Origin: an uncultured Candidatus Saccharibacteria bacterium
Lineage (GTDB): Bacteria; Patescibacteriota; Minisyncoccia; Minisyncoccales; Staskawiczbacteraceae
NCBI GenBank assembly: GCA_964372785.1
Contig: CAYJSA010000001.1
Location: 2,226-42,608 of the forward strand
DNA: 40,383 bases
Reading direction: 5' to 3'
Under the pieces are notes generated by a model. That model did no database searches and had not been told where the DNA came from. It saw nothing but the letters and a program-made list of their open reading frames with translations. Made by a program: the position numbers and the translations under genes. How positions within the stretch are numbered: the stretch's first letter is position 1; the number at the start of each line of letters is the position of its first letter. Below, in pieces: positions 38,604-40,383 of the stretch.

Positions 38604-40383
38604 ATGAAGAATATTCTGTGGTTCAAGGAGCTTTCAATTAAAGACGTTCCGCATGTGGGCGGTAAAAACGCTTCTCTTGGGGAAATGTATAATAATTTGC
38701 TCTCCAAAGGAGTAAATTTGGCTAACGGCTTTGCTACAACATCACAAGCCTATTTTGATTTTTTGGAAAAAGCAGGGTTGAAAAACCAAATTGCTCAAAT
38801 TTTGCAGGGCTTTGACTATCACGATTTGCCAGCATTGGCTAAAAAAGGCAAAGAGGTGCGTAATTTAATATTAGCGGCTACGCTTCCCCAGGATTTGCAG
38901 GACGATATCGTTTCGGCCTACAAAGAGCTTTCTAAATTGCATGGCGCAGAAAATACGGATGTTGCGGTAAGGTCTTCGGCCACTGCTGAAGATTTGCCCG
39001 GAGCCAGTTTTGCCGGCCAACAAGAAACGTTTTTAAATATTAGGGGGGCTGAAAATGTGTTGGAAGCAGTTAAAAAATGTATTGCTTCTTTATTCACCGA
39101 TAGAGCCATTGCTTACCGGCAAGAAATGGGATTTGACCACTTAAAAGTGGGGCTTTCGGCTGGTGTGCAAAAAATGGTAAGGAGCGATGTGGGAGCTTCG
39201 GGTGTGATGTTTTCTTGTGATACAGAATCCGGCTTTGCTGATGTGGTGCTTATTAACGCAAGCTGGGGATTGGGTGAAAATGTGGTGTTGGGGCGGGTGG
39301 AACCGGATCAGTACTATGTTTTTGAAAAAACCTTGGCAACAGGTCACAAATCTATCATAGAAAAAAAGATGGGGTCAAAGTTGATGACAATGGTATACAC
39401 TAACGACCCTAAAAAACCCATTAAGAACGTAAAAACTTCATTAAAAAACCAACAGAGTTTTGTATTGTCGGATGAAGATATTTTACAATTGGCCAAATGG
39501 TCAATGATTGTGGAAGAACATTACAAAAAACCTATGGATATGGAATGGGCTTATGATGGCAAGGAAAAGAAACTATATATTGTGCAAGCCCGTCCCGAAA
39601 CAGTGCAGAGCAAGCGTAATTTAAATATGTTAGAAGACTATGTTTTACAAAAAACCGCTAGCGCCAAAGTAATTGCCAAAGGAATGTCAGTTGGTTCAAA
39701 AATTGGCTCAGGAAAAGCTAATAAAATATTATCCGCCAAAGATATTAATAAATTTAAAAAAGGGGAAGTGCTGGTAACGGGAATGACCGACCCCGATTGG
39801 GTTCCGGCCTTAAAGTTGGCTTCTGCTGTGGTGACTGACGAAGGGGGAAGAACTTGCCATGCTGCAATAGTATCTCGCGAATTGGGGATTCCATGCATTG
39901 TCGGCACTTCAAACGCCACCAAAACCATTAAAACCGGCCAAGATGTTACGATTGATTGCTCACAGGGGGAGCACGGGGTGGTATATCAAGGAATAATTCC
40001 TTTTAAGATAGAAAAAACCGATATTTCCAGGCTCCAAAAACCTAAAACGAAAATTCTGATGAATTTGGCCGATCCTTCGCAGGCATTTAATTTAAGCTTT
40101 ATCCCCAATGACGGAGTGGGATTGGCGCGGGAGGAATTTATCATTGCCAATACTATAAAAATCCATCCCAATGCCCTGATAGATTATAAAAAGTTAAAAC
40201 CCGCCCTGCGCAAAAAAATTGACGCGCTAACCTTAGGTTATAAAGATAAAGTAAGTTTTTATGTGGACAAACTAGCAGAGGGAATTGGAAAAATTGGCGC
40301 GGCCTTTTATCCAAAACAAGTTATCGTTCGTTTTTCCGATTTTAAAACCAATGAGTATCGCCAGCTTTTAGGCGGGGAACTCT
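38604..40383 (+). CDS. ppsA: phosphoenolpyruvate synthase, 3'-truncated by the window edge
   Basis: Hand translation gives MKNILWFKELSIKDVPHVGGKNASLGEMYNNL...NGFATTSQAYFDFL and the phosphohistidine motif GGRTCHAAIVSRELGIPC at ~39846. The frame is open to position 40383. Absent from the ORF track because no stop is reached. Confidence 0.9.
   Translation, partial: MKNILWFKELSIKDVPHVGGKNASLGEMYNNLLSKGVNLANGFATTSQAYFDFLEKAGLKNQIAQILQGFDYHDLPALAKKGKEVRNLILAATLPQDLQDDIVSAYKELSKLHGAENTDVAVRSSATAEDLPGASFAGQQETFLNIRGAENVLEAVKKCIASLFTDRAIAYRQEMGFDHLKVGLSAGVQKMVRSDVGASGVMFSCDTESGFADVVLINASWGLGENVVLGRVEPDQYYVFEKTLATGHKSIIEKKMGSKLMTMVYTNDPKKPIKNVKTSLKNQQSFVLSDEDILQLAKWSMIVEEHYKKPMDMEWAYDGKEKKLYIVQARPETVQSKRNLNMLEDYVLQKTASAKVIAKGMSVGSKIGSGKANKILSAKDINKFKKGEVLVTGMTDPDWVPALKLASAVVTDEGGRTCHAAIVSRELGIPCIVGTSNATKTIKTGQDVTIDCSQGEHGVVYQGIIPFKIEKTDISRLQKPKTKILMNLADPSQAFNLSFIPNDGVGLAREEFIIANTIKIHPNALIDYKKLKPALRKKIDALTLGYKDKVSFYVDKLAEGIGKIGAAFYPKQVIVRFSDFKTNEYRQLLGGEL

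Overview
This is a 40.4-kb bacterial chromosomal segment. The backbone is AT-rich (37-42% GC in hand-counted 60-nt samples) and densely packed, and every backbone gene lies on the + strand. In order the backbone genes are: murA, mreB, holB, frr, rseP, proS, a second mreB, gatC, gatA, a membrane protein, ftsB/divIC-like, cfa, prfB (programmed +1 frameshift), an HExxH protein, ftsE, ftsX, two small GIY-YIG genes around tRNA-Gln, a PBP5-type carboxypeptidase, NUDIX, a Cys-rich exported protein, GNAT, dcd, trhO-like, ATP-cone, DUF167, ftsZ, galU, a 2-hydroxyacid dehydrogenase, trxB, eno, a TrpR/YerC-like regulator, gpmA, a glutaredoxin-like protein, gap and ppsA. The ppsA ORF runs off the right edge and is absent from the supplied ORF track. 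There are five tRNAs: Gly-CCC, Thr-CGU, Gln-CUG, Trp-CCA and Ile-GAU. The gene content and style (two mreB copies, Lys-rich FtsZ tails, core translation/envelope/glycolysis genes, almost no Shine-Dalgarno sequences) fit a reduced-genome lineage such as Patescibacteria/CPR. There is no rRNA in the window to confirm that. The main observations are these. (1) Eight short GC-rich cassettes, each with its own promoter, a strong SD and a terminator, are wedged between backbone genes, mostly antisense. One holds an orphan ParB-like gene between two tRNAs, and one is a mostly non-coding locus with five AGGA motifs. (2) The genome is full of hairpin DNA built from short repeated words. This includes a MITE-like element with TIRs and a flanking duplication, zero-loop perfect palindromes of 36-50 bp, and copies inserted in frame into gatC, gatA and eno. 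(3) An intact tRNA-Gln is bracketed by two GIY-YIG genes and by displaced 5' and 3' tRNA-Gln fragments. (4) Two paralogous promoter-leader modules drive an unidentified ~430-nt RNA and a long-leader tRNA-Trp. (5) There are several candidate cis-regulatory structures: a leaderless uORF duplicating the gatC start, an RBS-sequestering switch before DUF167, ACTAGT-core palindromes flanking the TrpR-like gene, and a duplicated-hairpin leader before ftsB. All calls come from reading the sequence by eye. No searches, folding or statistics were run.
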